Notes: generated by a model from the letters alone, not told the origin. Counted from the first letter of the stretch, positions 9,291 through 18,323 are shown. The stretch is 49,885 nucleotides of DNA from a bacterium (GCA_035300645.1 DATGVF010000027.1:1-49885), one strand, 5' to 3'. Numbers and translations are program-made.

Positions 9291-10250
9291 ATGACAGGTC
9301 GGTCCAAAATCATAGCCCTCACGGCGGTGGTCCTGGTGGTCGCGGCCGCCGCCCTCGCCGCGCTCACCATCGGCGCGCGGCGAGGAACCGCCGTCGCCGC
9401 CACCGTGAATGGGGAAGTCATCTACGCCCGCGAAGTGGACGGTGAAGTGGCGATTGTCGCCAAACAGTACGGGATCGACCTCGGCAAGACAGACAGCACG
9501 CAGCAACGCCAGGAGATCTCGCGCGCCATTTTGGATCAGCTCATCGAGCAGCGCCTGATCCTGCAAGAAGCCCGCGCCCGCAACGCGATGCCCACCGAGG
9601 TGCAGGTCGAAGCCCAGATGCAGGAAATCAAACGGACCTTTCCCACAGAGACCGACTTTAACACCGCCTTGGCTCAACGCAGCCTCACCCAGGCGGCCCT
9701 GCGGGATCGCATGCGGGCCAACCTGGCCGTGCGGAACCTGATGGCCAAAGTCGCCCCTGTCGCCGTGAGCGATGCCGAGGTCGAGCAATACTTCAAGACG
9801 CACCGCGCCGAATTCGACCGTCCCGAGCAGGTGCACGTCCGGCACATTCTCCTGGGCACGGAGAGCGAGGCGCGCTTGATCCTGGCGCGGCTGAAGCGGG
9901 GATCCGATTCGTTTGAAGCGTTGGCCCAGCAGTACTCGAAGGATCCTGGCAGCGCCCGGAAGGGCGGGGATCTGGACTTCGTCTCTCGCGACCAAGTGGT
10001 TCCGGAGTTTGCGAAGGCTGCCTTTGGGCTTCAACCCCAGCAGATCTCTGAGGTCATCCACACCCAGTTCGGCTACCACATCATCCAGCTCCTCGAGCGC
10101 CGCCCGCCCCAACCGGCGACTCTCGACCAGGTCCGCGATCAGGTCCGCGCCATGCTGCAAACCCAGAAACAGGAAGCTGTCTTCCAGGAGTGGCTGAAGT
10201 CTCTCAAAGGACGCGCGAAGATTACGCGCACCGAGGCCCCGGTTCGCTAA
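9291..10250 (+). CDS. Membrane-anchored parvulin-type peptidyl-prolyl isomerase (PrsA/SurA-like), 319 aa
   Basis: N-terminal TM helix (IIALTAVVLVVAAAALAALTI). SurA-N-like helical region, then a rotamase domain (VHVRHILL...GGDLDFVSRDQVVPEFAKAAF...FGYHIIQLLERR). SD GAGAGGAG upstream. Same position after mfd as prsA in Clostridia. Confidence 0.85.
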   Translation: MTGRSKIIALTAVVLVVAAAALAALTIGARRGTAVAATVNGEVIYAREVDGEVAIVAKQYGIDLGKTDSTQQRQEISRAILDQLIEQRLILQEARARNAMPTEVQVEAQMQEIKRTFPTETDFNTALAQRSLTQAALRDRMRANLAVRNLMAKVAPVAVSDAEVEQYFKTHRAEFDRPEQVHVRHILLGTESEARLILARLKRGSDSFEALAQQYSKDPGSARKGGDLDFVSRDQVVPEFAKAAFGLQPQQISEVIHTQFGYHIIQLLERRPPQPATLDQVRDQVRAMLQTQKQEAVFQEWLKSLKGRAKITRTEAPVR

Positions 10251-10303
10251 CGCGTGCCAGACAGCAAGCCGACGTCTGATCGGTCCCGGCGGACGGGTCA
10301 TCT

Positions 10304-10576
10304 GTGCGACTGGACAAGTTTCTTCAATTGAGCAGGCTCGTCAAGCGCCGGACGGTCGCCCACGCCCTGTGCGCGGCCGGCCGGGTGCGGCTGAACGGAC
10401 TGGAGGCCAAACCGGCCTCCACGGTTGCGGCCGGAGACATCATCACAGTGACGTCCGGAGACCGCCGTGTCGTCGCGAAAGTTCTTGCCGTGCCCACACG
10501 GACCGCGGCGGGAGCGGAGGTAGTAGACATTCTCGGCCGCATCCGGGTACGGGATCTCGCGACCGAATCGAAATGA
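10304..10576 (+). CDS. yabO: S4-domain RNA-binding protein (YabO-like), 90 aa, GTG start
   Basis: MRLDKFLQLSRLVKRRTVAHALCAAGRVRLNGLEAKPASTV matches the S4 fold and the N-terminus of Bacillus YabO (MRLDKFLKVSRLIKRRT...). Confidence 0.8.
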   Translation: MRLDKFLQLSRLVKRRTVAHALCAAGRVRLNGLEAKPASTVAAGDIITVTSGDRRVVAKVLAVPTRTAAGAEVVDILGRIRVRDLATESK

Positions 10577-10583
10577 CCGCTGA

Positions 10584-11888
<1,305 letters not shown>

Positions 11889-12048
11889 ACACCCCGGGGC
11901 GTCCCCCCTCGGGCCGGAACGGTGGGCCGAGCAGGAACCCGCGGCCACAAGACCTAATGCAAAGGGGAAACGTCCCAGGCGGGCACCGCGCCTTCGTTTC
12001 TGAGATTCGACGCACCTTCGACGCCGCAACGACTGAGGTGACACGACC

Positions 12049-12486
12049 GTGGGCCTGGGGGCTCCTGCGTACTACCGGGGACGACTGCGCGAGCGCAGCC
12101 GCGTTCCTCGCTGGATGGTCCTCGCCGCCGCGAGCGTCATCGCCGTCAGCTTGTTCGGGGCCTTCGGGTCGACCCTGCTGCAGGTCTACCGTCTCGAGCG
12201 CGAGGCGGCTCAGCTGGCGCAACATCAGCGAGATCTAGAGGAACAAAACGCCCAGCTCCGAGCCGAGATTCAGGCGCTGCATACCCCCGAGTACGTCGAA
12301 AAACTCGCTCGCGAACAGCTCGGCCTCGTCAAACCCGGCGAGATCGCCTTCCTGATCGTCCAACCGCCCGCCGATACACCGCCGGGACGCCCCCTCCCCC
12401 AAGACACCCGAGAGCGTCCCGCGCCCGCGCGGGGGGACTGGCTCTCCCGGCTGCGGGACGCGGTCCGACACCTCTTCGACCGGTAA
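12049..12486 (+). CDS. ftsB: Septum formation initiator (FtsB/DivIC family), 145 aa, GTG start
   Basis: Single N-terminal TM, then a coiled coil (LEREAAQLAQHQRDLEEQNAQLRAEIQAL) and the conserved YVEKLAREQLGLVKPGE motif. SD GAGGTGA 7 nt upstream. Confidence 0.75.
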   Translation: MGLGAPAYYRGRLRERSRVPRWMVLAAASVIAVSLFGAFGSTLLQVYRLEREAAQLAQHQRDLEEQNAQLRAEIQALHTPEYVEKLAREQLGLVKPGEIAFLIVQPPADTPPGRPLPQDTRERPAPARGDWLSRLRDAVRHLFDR

Positions 12487-12570
12487 ACCGGTAGTAAGGG
12501 AGCGGGATGGATCTGTTCGCGTGCTTCTCGACTCCGGTGCTGACCTACCACACACCGGTGCGCAAACCAA

Positions 12571-12600
12571 TTGACACTTCCCGCTACTGCACCGTATAAT
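12571..12600 (+). promoter_or_regulatory. Near-consensus sigma-70/SigA-type promoter for the S1-domain gene
   Basis: TTGACA (12571-12576), 18-nt spacer, TATAAT (12595-12600), 45 nt upstream of ATG 12645. Confidence 0.55.
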
Positions 12601-12644
12601 TCCCCTCGCAATTCAATGACTTCAGGAGACGCACGAAGCCCCGC

Positions 12645-13025
12645 ATGAGTGTCGACGCCGGCAGTATTATCGAGGGCACGGTCGTCAAGATCACGAACTA
12701 CGGCGCCTTCGTGGAGCTTCCCGACGGGAGAAGCGGCCTCGTCCACATCCGCGAGATCGCCGACACGTATGTGAAAGATGTCCGTGATTACCTGAAGGAG
12801 CAGGAGAGAGTCAAAGTTAAGGTCCTGGGCATCAATGATCGCGGTAAGCTGGACCTCTCCGTCAAGCAAGCCCTCTCCCCCGAAGAACGCGTCGCCCGTG
12901 TCCGTTCCAAGGCCTCGTTCGAAGAGAAGATGAAGGCGTTCTTAAAGGAAAGTGAGGAACGCCTCCTCGACCTCAAACGGAATACCGAGGCGAAGCGGGG
13001 CGGGGGCAAGAAACGCAACCGGTAG
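12645..13025 (+). CDS. yabR: S1-domain RNA-binding protein (YabR-like), 126 aa
   Basis: GSIIEGTVVKITNYGAFVELPDGRSGLVHIREIADTYVKDVRDYL aligns with the Bacillus YabR S1 domain. Basic C-terminal tail. Follows divIC/ftsB as in Bacillota. Confidence 0.85.
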   Translation: MSVDAGSIIEGTVVKITNYGAFVELPDGRSGLVHIREIADTYVKDVRDYLKEQERVKVKVLGINDRGKLDLSVKQALSPEERVARVRSKASFEEKMKAFLKESEERLLDLKRNTEAKRGGGKKRNR

Positions 13026-13036
13026 TCTGTCCTCCG

Positions 13037-13378
13037 TTAGCGCATCCCCAGCAGCCACGCGATATCCTCAAACGCCCGCCAGGTAATGTCATCGCGCTCT
13101 AATGCCCGGGAGCGTTCCTGAATATTCGTCTGCGCCGCTAGTCCTTGCAGAGCTTCCTCCATGCGCCCAAGGCGCGTCTGGACCTGTTGGAGTTCGGGAT
13201 CCACGGGGGCGTTGGACAACAGGCCGCGGATTTGGTCCAAGGCGCCGCGCTCCACGGTCCGCGCGTGCTGGTCCATCTCAACGGCCTCCAGCCGGCTGAA
13301 GGCCACGAGGCCTCGCCGCGCTTCCAGCGCCGCGATGAGGGCCGTTCTCACTTGCGTCAGCACCCTCTGTTCATCCAT
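13037..13378 (-). CDS. Hypothetical helical protein, 113 aa
   Basis: Track ORF 13037..13501 trimmed to ATG 13378 (MDEQRVL...), which lies just after the stop (13396) of the upstream gene. No recognisable domain. The coding call rests on length, position and strand context only. Confidence 0.4.
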   Translation of the reverse strand: MDEQRVLTQVRTALIAALEARRGLVAFSRLEAVEMDQHARTVERGALDQIRGLLSNAPVDPELQQVQTRLGRMEEALQGLAAQTNIQERSRALERDDITWRAFEDIAWLLGMR

Positions 13379-13395
13379 ATCCGGCGCGAGTGGCG

Positions 13396-14229
13396 CTATG
13401 GCGGGGGCGCGGAGGACCCGCATACCCCGTGTGCGAGGAGAACGCTGAACGCGCGGAGAGACAGATCGACGTCGTGGTCGACGCCGAACTCGCTGCTCCA
13501 CCCCCCATCAGCGCGTTGCAGGGCAACCAACCGCTGCAAGCCCGTCGCGATGAGTGGATCGTCCTCGGGCATCCCGCCCTGGTGGAGAGCGGCCAACGCG
13601 TCGGTGACGCAATCCGCTGACCAACCGTCCGGGGCATGAGCTCGTAGAACCTCCAGGCCAGCTGAGACGACCGGAGACGAGAACCCCTCGACCATGAGGA
13701 GTGCCCCAGCGACGAGGGCAGTAATCTGCGTCGGCTCGTCCTCTGGCCACCGGTCGTTATGTGTCTCGCGCAGAAACGTGGTGGCGCGGGTCACGGCGTC
13801 GTACCGTCGCCCCCGCAACCGCACCAACCAGGAGGCTGTCACGGCCGTGCAGCAGGCGCGGGACAGGGCTGAGCCTGGACGCGCCCACGCGGGAGGATCG
13901 TAGCGCAGTACTCCCGGACTCTCGTCCCAGGCCCCATCCGGCCGCTGGATGGTGAGTAGGTATGCCGCGGCGCGCTCCACGTACGCAGAGGGCAACAGTC
14001 GGAGATCCTGCATCCACTGCAGCGCCGTTGTGGTCGCGGTTACCGCCGATGGCCGTCCGGGAATGAGACCAAAGGGAAACCCGCCGTCCTCATTCTGTCG
14101 GGCCAGGAGCGAACGCGCCACCTTCGCCTCGACGCGGGACCGGCCCAACAACCCGGTCAGCCGCGCCCGCTCAAGTTCTTCACCATTCTCGTGGATGTAG
14201 GCGACAGCCACCGACAGAGGCGTGAGCAT
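13396..14229 (-). CDS. Prenyltransferase/squalene-cyclase-repeat (alpha/alpha-toroid) protein, 277 aa
   Basis: Three QW-like repeats (LLARQNEDGGFPFG, LLTIQRPDGAWDE, LVALQRADGGWSSEFG). Track ORF 13396..14280 trimmed to ATG 14229, downstream of the pxpA stop (14252). Confidence 0.6.
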   Translation of the reverse strand: MLTPLSVAVAYIHENGEELERARLTGLLGRSRVEAKVARSLLARQNEDGGFPFGLIPGRPSAVTATTTALQWMQDLRLLPSAYVERAAAYLLTIQRPDGAWDESPGVLRYDPPAWARPGSALSRACCTAVTASWLVRLRGRRYDAVTRATTFLRETHNDRWPEDEPTQITALVAGALLMVEGFSSPVVSAGLEVLRAHAPDGWSADCVTDALAALHQGGMPEDDPLIATGLQRLVALQRADGGWSSEFGVDHDVDLSLRAFSVLLAHGVCGSSAPPP

Positions 14230-14251
14230 CAGGGCATCCTGGTGCACAGCA

Positions 14252-15028
14252 TTATAAGAAGGAATCCAAACGGGCCACACGCACCCCGGCGCCGTCTAGG
14301 GCCCGGCGCACGGCCTGGGCCAGGGCGGGGGCATGAGGCGTATCGCCGTGAAGGCACAGTGTATCGGCTTCAATGCGAATAGGACGACCCGAAACCGTCA
14401 CTGCCCGCTCCGTCGCGAGCTGCACTGCCCGTGCGGCGGCTCCGGTGGGATCAATAATCACCGCGCCTGGCTGCCCGCGAGGGACGAGTGTGCCCGCATC
14501 CGTGTAGCCACGATCAACGAACGCTTCGTGAGCCACCCGCAGCCCCATCGTACGGAGGAGGTCCGCCATCTGAGATCCAGCTAACGCCAGAATGATCAGC
14601 GACGCGTCCACTCGACGCACCGCCTCGCCAATCGCCCGCGCGAGATCGGGGTCGGAGGCGGCCTGATTGTACAACGCGCCATGCGGCTTCACGTGCTGGA
14701 GACGCAGGCCGACTTTCTCCGCCGCGTCTGCGACGAGTTGGATCTGCGTGGCCACCGTGTCCGTGACCTGAGCGCTCGGCAGCGCCATGGGGCGTCGGCC
14801 AAATCCGGCGCGATCAGGAAAAGACGGATGGGCCCCGATGGCGACGTGGAGGGCTTTGGCGGTCCTCACGACGGTGTTGATCGTCTCCAGATCTCCGGCA
14901 TGTGCGCCGCACGCCACGTTGGCCGAGGTGATCACGGCCAACAGCTCGTTGTCCGTGCCAGCACCTTCGCCCAAGTCCGCGTTGAGGTCGATGACGGCTG
15001 CGCCTGTCCTGGTGCTCGTCGCTCTCAT
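14252..15028 (-). CDS. pxpA: 5-oxoprolinase subunit A (LamB/YcsF family), 258 aa
   Basis: IDLNADLGEG and NVACGAHAGD motifs and overall LamB/YcsF length. No pxpB/pxpC homologues in the window. Confidence 0.9.
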   Translation of the reverse strand: MRATSTRTGAAVIDLNADLGEGAGTDNELLAVITSANVACGAHAGDLETINTVVRTAKALHVAIGAHPSFPDRAGFGRRPMALPSAQVTDTVATQIQLVADAAEKVGLRLQHVKPHGALYNQAASDPDLARAIGEAVRRVDASLIILALAGSQMADLLRTMGLRVAHEAFVDRGYTDAGTLVPRGQPGAVIIDPTGAAARAVQLATERAVTVSGRPIRIEADTLCLHGDTPHAPALAQAVRRALDGAGVRVARLDSFL

Positions 15029-15092
15029 GAACGGAGAGATGACTCCCCCAGCATCGATAAGCGCGCCGGTCGAGGATCCCGGCGCCCATCAA

Positions 15093-15425
15093 TCACATGC
15101 CCGGCGCCCCGGCCCTGCGGGCGTGGGGGAACCCCTCCAGGTAGCGTTTCGCCGCGTCGAGCCGTTTGTGCAGACGTACTTGCCAGTCGGGCGCCGTCAG
15201 GTCCGCCTCGGACACGAAGAGCAGCGCGCCGGCGTCGCCCAATCGCAACCCGAATTCCACACCGGGGTAGGGCTCGCTGACGAAGCGTACGTCCCCGACA
15301 TCCAGCACCAGGTGGGGATCGACCCGAGGGATGACCTCCTGAAATTTCTTGACGGCATCCGCCTGGGAGATCATGTCGCTGTTCATTCTAGACGAATTGG
15401 CGCGATAATGGCAGACAGCGCTCAA
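15093..15425 (-). CDS. Hypothetical protein, up to 110 aa (start uncertain; ATGs at 15386 or 15374 are also possible)
   Basis: ORF upstream of and co-directional with pxpA. No recognisable motif. Confidence 0.4.
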   Translation of the reverse strand: MSAVCHYRANSSRMNSDMISQADAVKKFQEVIPRVDPHLVLDVGDVRFVSEPYPGVEFGLRLGDAGALLFVSEADLTAPDWQVRLHKRLDAAKRYLEGFPHARRAGAPGM

Positions 15426-15451
15426 AGACGCAGAAAATGAGGAGGCTGATC

Positions 15452-16012
15452 ATGAACTGGGCTGACGCGTATGCGGCCGGACTCCCTTACACCGGGTACT
15501 TGGAGCTGTACGGCACGCCGCAGCATCGGCAGAGGTGGCAAGGCGTGTACGATCAAGTCCGCCTTAGCGAGCCCCAACGGCTCGTGCTGGCAGGATTCAC
15601 ACGGCAGATGCATCTGCTGTGCGTCGCCGGCACGTGGTGCGGAGACTGCGTGCGCGAGGGGCCGATCTTGCAGCACCTCGCCGCCGGGTCCCCTCAAATC
15701 TCGCTGCGCTTTCTCGACCGCGACGCCCATGCGGATGTGGCCTCTGAACTGACCATCAACGGAGGGCTCCGCATCCCGATGATGGTCTTCTTAAGTGAGG
15801 ACGACATGGAGTGCGCGCGATACGGCGAGCGCACACTGGCGACATATCGGAAAATGGCAGCGGAGAATTTGGGGCCGGCTTATCCAACAGGCATCGTCCC
15901 GCCCGGCGAAGATTACCTGGCGGTCGTGACGCAGGAATGGCTGAACGAGATCGAGCGGGTGCAGCTCCTGTTGCGGCTGTCGCGCCGGCTTCGCACGAAG
16001 CACGGCGACTGA
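15452..16012 (+). CDS. Thioredoxin-fold protein with WCGDC redox motif, 186 aa
   Basis: [11 protein letters not shown] CxxC motif in a thioredoxin-like context. Track ORF 15437..16012 trimmed to ATG 15452, preceded by GAGGAGG with a 6-nt spacer. Confidence 0.7.
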   Translation: MNWADAYAAGLPYTGYLELYGTPQHRQRWQGVYDQVRLSEPQRLVLAGFTRQMHLLCVAGTWCGDCVREGPILQHLAAGSPQISLRFLDRDAHADVASELTINGGLRIPMMVFLSEDDMECARYGERTLATYRKMAAENLGPAYPTGIVPPGEDYLAVVTQEWLNEIERVQLLLRLSRRLRTKHGD

Positions 16013-16022
16013 CGGCCACCCC

Positions 16023-16342
16023 TCACCGCGGTAAGTGCAGGGTGAATTCTGTGCGCTGTCCCGGCTGGCTGTAGACCGTGATCCGGCCGCCGTGAGCCTC
16101 GACGATCCACTTCGTGATAGCTAATCCCAACCCGCTGCCGCCTGAGTCGCGGCGACCGGTGAGCGTCGGCCCGATAGAAGCGCTGGAAGATGTGAGGCAG
16201 ATGTTCGGGGGGGATTCCCTCCCCGTTATCTGCGACCCAGATTCGGATGCCATCCAAGCTGTATGACGTGAAGGTCGACGCTGGCAACGGGAAGGTCGTG
16301 CACCAGGAAATCGCTGGCGAGAATGAGCAGGAGGGGGAGGAA
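16023..16342 (-). pseudogene. Remnant 3' fragment of a sensor histidine kinase gene (HATPase_c region only), frameshifted
   Basis: The G1 box and following region ([26 protein letters not shown]) read in one frame (track ORF 15913..16287). The G2 box to the C-terminus ([43 protein letters not shown], stop at 16023) reads in another frame (track ORF 16023..16370). No HisKA/H-box, N-box or sensor region lies upstream, and an in-frame TAG sits near 16345. Confidence 0.65.
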
Positions 16343-16370
16343 GACTAACTCCCTGTCGCAAGGAAAGCAT

Positions 16371-16397
16371 CAGGGCCTGGGATTCTCCCAGGCCCTG
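16371..16397 (-). terminator. Stem-loop downstream of the 119-aa secreted-protein gene (putative intrinsic terminator)
   Basis: Perfect 11-bp stem CAGGGCCTGGG (16371-16381) / CCCAGGCCCTG (16387-16397) with a 5-nt loop. It is followed on the minus strand by ATGCTTTCCTT and on the plus strand by ATCTATTTGT. It lies 31 nt after the stop at 16428. Confidence 0.5.
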
Positions 16398-16427
16398 ATC
16401 TATTTGTGACGAGAACTCACCGGTCCC

Positions 16428-16787
16428 CTACCGCACCGTAAATTGCGTCCCGACCTTGGCTTGCTGCTGTCCTAGGGTGCACGCGACAATGATCGGCCAT
16501 GTCCCCGGCGTCGTCCGGGTGCCGACTCGCCATACCCACACGATTCGGCCTTGGCTATTGGCCCGCTTGGGCACGAGGCCTTGCGCTCGGCTTGAACCGG
16601 ACTTGTAGACAACCGTGATGCCACAATCGGCCCCTGGTGAGGTTTCGATTTGTAATCTCGCGTCGGTACCGGGTCGTGCGAATGAAGTGACAGAGACGAC
16701 CTTGATTGTGAGCGCGGCCGCCATGACTGATGTGGAGAGGGTGATGAGGAGAACCGCGAGCAGAGAACGACTGAGCGATCTTTTCAT
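16428..16787 (-). CDS. Small secreted protein of unknown function, 119 aa
   Basis: Sec-type signal peptide MKRSLSRSLLAVLLITLSTSVMAAA. The roughly 95-aa mature part is beta-rich by composition and has two Cys. No recognised family. Confidence 0.6.
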   Translation of the reverse strand: MKRSLSRSLLAVLLITLSTSVMAAALTIKVVSVTSFARPGTDARLQIETSPGADCGITVVYKSGSSRAQGLVPKRANSQGRIVWVWRVGTRTTPGTWPIIVACTLGQQQAKVGTQFTVR

Positions 16788-17131
16788 GGCCCACCCATTT
16801 GTCCGGTCCCTTTTGACTCAGGGGGTTTTATTGGCACTCATCGAAAACCTCCATCAAAACGGACCGCCTCGTTTCTGGACTAGGTAAGACATAGAGCTCG
16901 CGGTGCTGTCAGTGTTGGACCGCATGGACTCGAGCTAGCCCCGCAGCACGCATCATCCTTCTCAACCCCTCTGGCACGAAGCGCTTGTTTCTCCGTTCAC
17001 GAAGACGGCCCGGCTCCTTGAAGGCGCCGTGGGTGGACTGCATTCGCCTTCTGAGTGGAACAACCAAATGGATGAGACTGGGTTTGCTTGGTCTGAAGAG
17101 TAAATTGCCATCCAAAACGGAGGGGGAGACG

Positions 17132-17905
17132 ATGGACAGTCCTGAGTTGAAGACGCTCGCGAAGCGGCTGGAGATGGTCGAGCGGCGACAGCGGCTCACG
17201 GTCGCAGGATGGGTGGTGAGCGTGGTGGTGCTCGCAGTCCTGTGGGTGGGTGTGCAGCGGGCCGCGTCACAGGATAGCGTCATTCAGGCGCGGCGGTTCG
17301 TGCTCCTAGATTCGGCAGGCAACAAACGCGCCTCGCTGGGGTTCACTGACGCCCAGAAACCGTCGCTCTGGTTGTACGATGAAAAGGGCACACAGCGCGC
17401 GCAGATCGGTTTTGGCAGTGGCGACTACACAGGCGTGTGGCTCGACGACGCCTCAGGCACGACTCGGGGTTCGTTAGGATTCACCTCTGATGGCAGACCA
17501 GGACTCTGGATCTACGACACCGCAAGCAAGAATCGCGTCCAACTTGGCCTCGACAGCAAGGGCCAGCCGAATCTATGGCTTAGCGATGCGTCGGAGATGA
17601 CCCGGGAGCAGGTCGGACTCACCGCTGACGGAAGGCCATTACTCTGGATCTACGACGCGGCAGGGAAGAGTCGGGCACAATTTGGCATAAGCAGTAAAGG
17701 CAATCCGAACTTGTGGCTTTACGATGAGTCGTCCAAAAATCGAGCCGAACTGGGCCTAAGCAGTAATGGCCAGCCGAATCTGTGGCTCAGCGACGAGTCG
17801 GAGGCGACCCGCGCGTGGATAGGCATCGACTCGAGCAAAGGGCCCGGAGTGGGAATCTACGACAAGGATGAAAAGAAGATCTGGTTCGCTCCCCCGGCAG
17901 AGTGA
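17132..17905 (+). CDS. Membrane-anchored protein composed of tandem 23-residue repeats, 257 aa
   Basis: Track ORF 16985..17905 trimmed to ATG 17132, preceded by GGAGGGGGAG. N-terminal TM helix VAGWVVSVVVLAVLWVGV, followed by eight exact 23-aa repeats and a partial ninth (consensus LWLYDxxGKxRAxLGLxSxGxPN). Confidence 0.7.
   Translation: MDSPELKTLAKRLEMVERRQRLTVAGWVVSVVVLAVLWVGVQRAASQDSVIQARRFVLLDSAGNKRASLGFTDAQKPSLWLYDEKGTQRAQIGFGSGDYTGVWLDDASGTTRGSLGFTSDGRPGLWIYDTASKNRVQLGLDSKGQPNLWLSDASEMTREQVGLTADGRPLLWIYDAAGKSRAQFGISSKGNPNLWLYDESSKNRAELGLSSNGQPNLWLSDESEATRAWIGIDSSKGPGVGIYDKDEKKIWFAPPAE
17297..17905 (+). repeat. In-frame 69-nt (23-codon) tandem repeat array, 8 full units plus 1 partial
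   Basis: Units: FVLLDSAGNKRASLGFTDAQKPS / LWLYDEKGTQRAQIGFGSGDYTG / VWLDDASGTTRGSLGFTSDGRPG / LWIYDTASKNRVQLGLDSKGQPN / LWLSDASEMTREQVGLTADGRPL / LWIYDAAGKSRAQFGISSKGNPN / LWLYDESSKNRAELGLSSNGQPN / LWLSDESEATRAWIGIDSSKGPG / VGIYDKDEKKIWF. DNA-level similarity is visible, e.g. ggccagccgaatctatggcttagcga (17561-) versus ggccagccgaatctgtggctcagcga (17769-). Confidence 0.85.
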
Positions 17906-17992
17906 GCCTCTCCGGTCCGGGTCCATGAACGCGACTGCGAAGGCGCACGGGGAGAAGTAACTGCTTAACACATTCGGGCAGTGAGGGTCGTT

Positions 17993-18034
17993 GAAGGGGG
18001 CCGCGATCTCCAACGCACGGCCCCCTTCTCATTT
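17993..18034 (+). terminator. Putative intrinsic terminator after the repeat-protein gene
   Basis: Perfect 11-bp stem GAAGGGGGCCG (17993-18003) / CGGCCCCCTTC (18018-18028) with a 14-nt loop, followed by TCATTTGCC. It lies 88 nt after the stop at 17905. Confidence 0.5.
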
Positions 18035-18118
18035 GCCAGAAAGAAACCCGCAGCTACACGCCCGCTAAAAGGGACCTTCCCCGCTCTCCGGGGATGGGAC
18101 AGGGAGGCTTTGTATGCT

Positions 18119-18196
18119 TGGTAGCCCCAAGGGGATTCGAACCCCTGTTTCGGCCTTGAGAGGGCCGCGTCCTGGGCCAGGCTAGACGATGGGGCC
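18119..18196 (-). tRNA. tRNA-Glu (anticodon CUC), 78 nt with encoded CCA
   Basis: The reverse complement folds as a cloverleaf. Acceptor GGCCCCA/TGGGGCT (G1-U72), D arm GTCT-AGCCTGGCCCA-GGAC, anticodon arm CGGCC-CTCTCAA-GGCCG (anticodon CTC), variable AAAC, T arm AGGGG-TTCGAAT-CCCCT, discriminator A, CCA. The D arm (GTCTAG..GGCCCAGGAC) resembles bacterial tRNA-Glu. A TATAAT box (18207-18212, minus strand) lies 10 nt upstream of the 5' end. Confidence 0.9.
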
Positions 18197-18323
18197 GGCC
18201 TCCGCCATTATATTACGGAAGTGGAAATTCGCGAACATGCATCGGGCGCTGCGATGACAAGACCCCACGCGTTCCGGTTAGCGAGAGCCCAAAGTCGCAC
18301 TGTGGTCTGTTCTCTGTCGTAAC

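Noticed and set aside
9147-10301. 384-aa minus-strand ORF
   Set aside because: It is antisense to the well-supported parvulin PPIase gene and has a low-complexity Leu/Arg/Gly composition with no motifs. It is a shadow ORF.
11969-12009. Weak hairpin AGGCG-ggcaccg-CGCCT followed by TCGTTTCTG after enolase, as a possible terminator
   Set aside because: It has only a 5-bp stem, which is too weak to call without RNA 3'-end data.
16931-16975. Possible att-like partial copy of the tRNA-Glu 3' end (shared 7-mers TAGCCCC and AACCCCT)
   Set aside because: The two 7-mers are spaced 21 nt apart here versus 11 nt in the tRNA, and the intervening sequence does not match. This is consistent with chance, so there is no demonstrable island boundary repeat.
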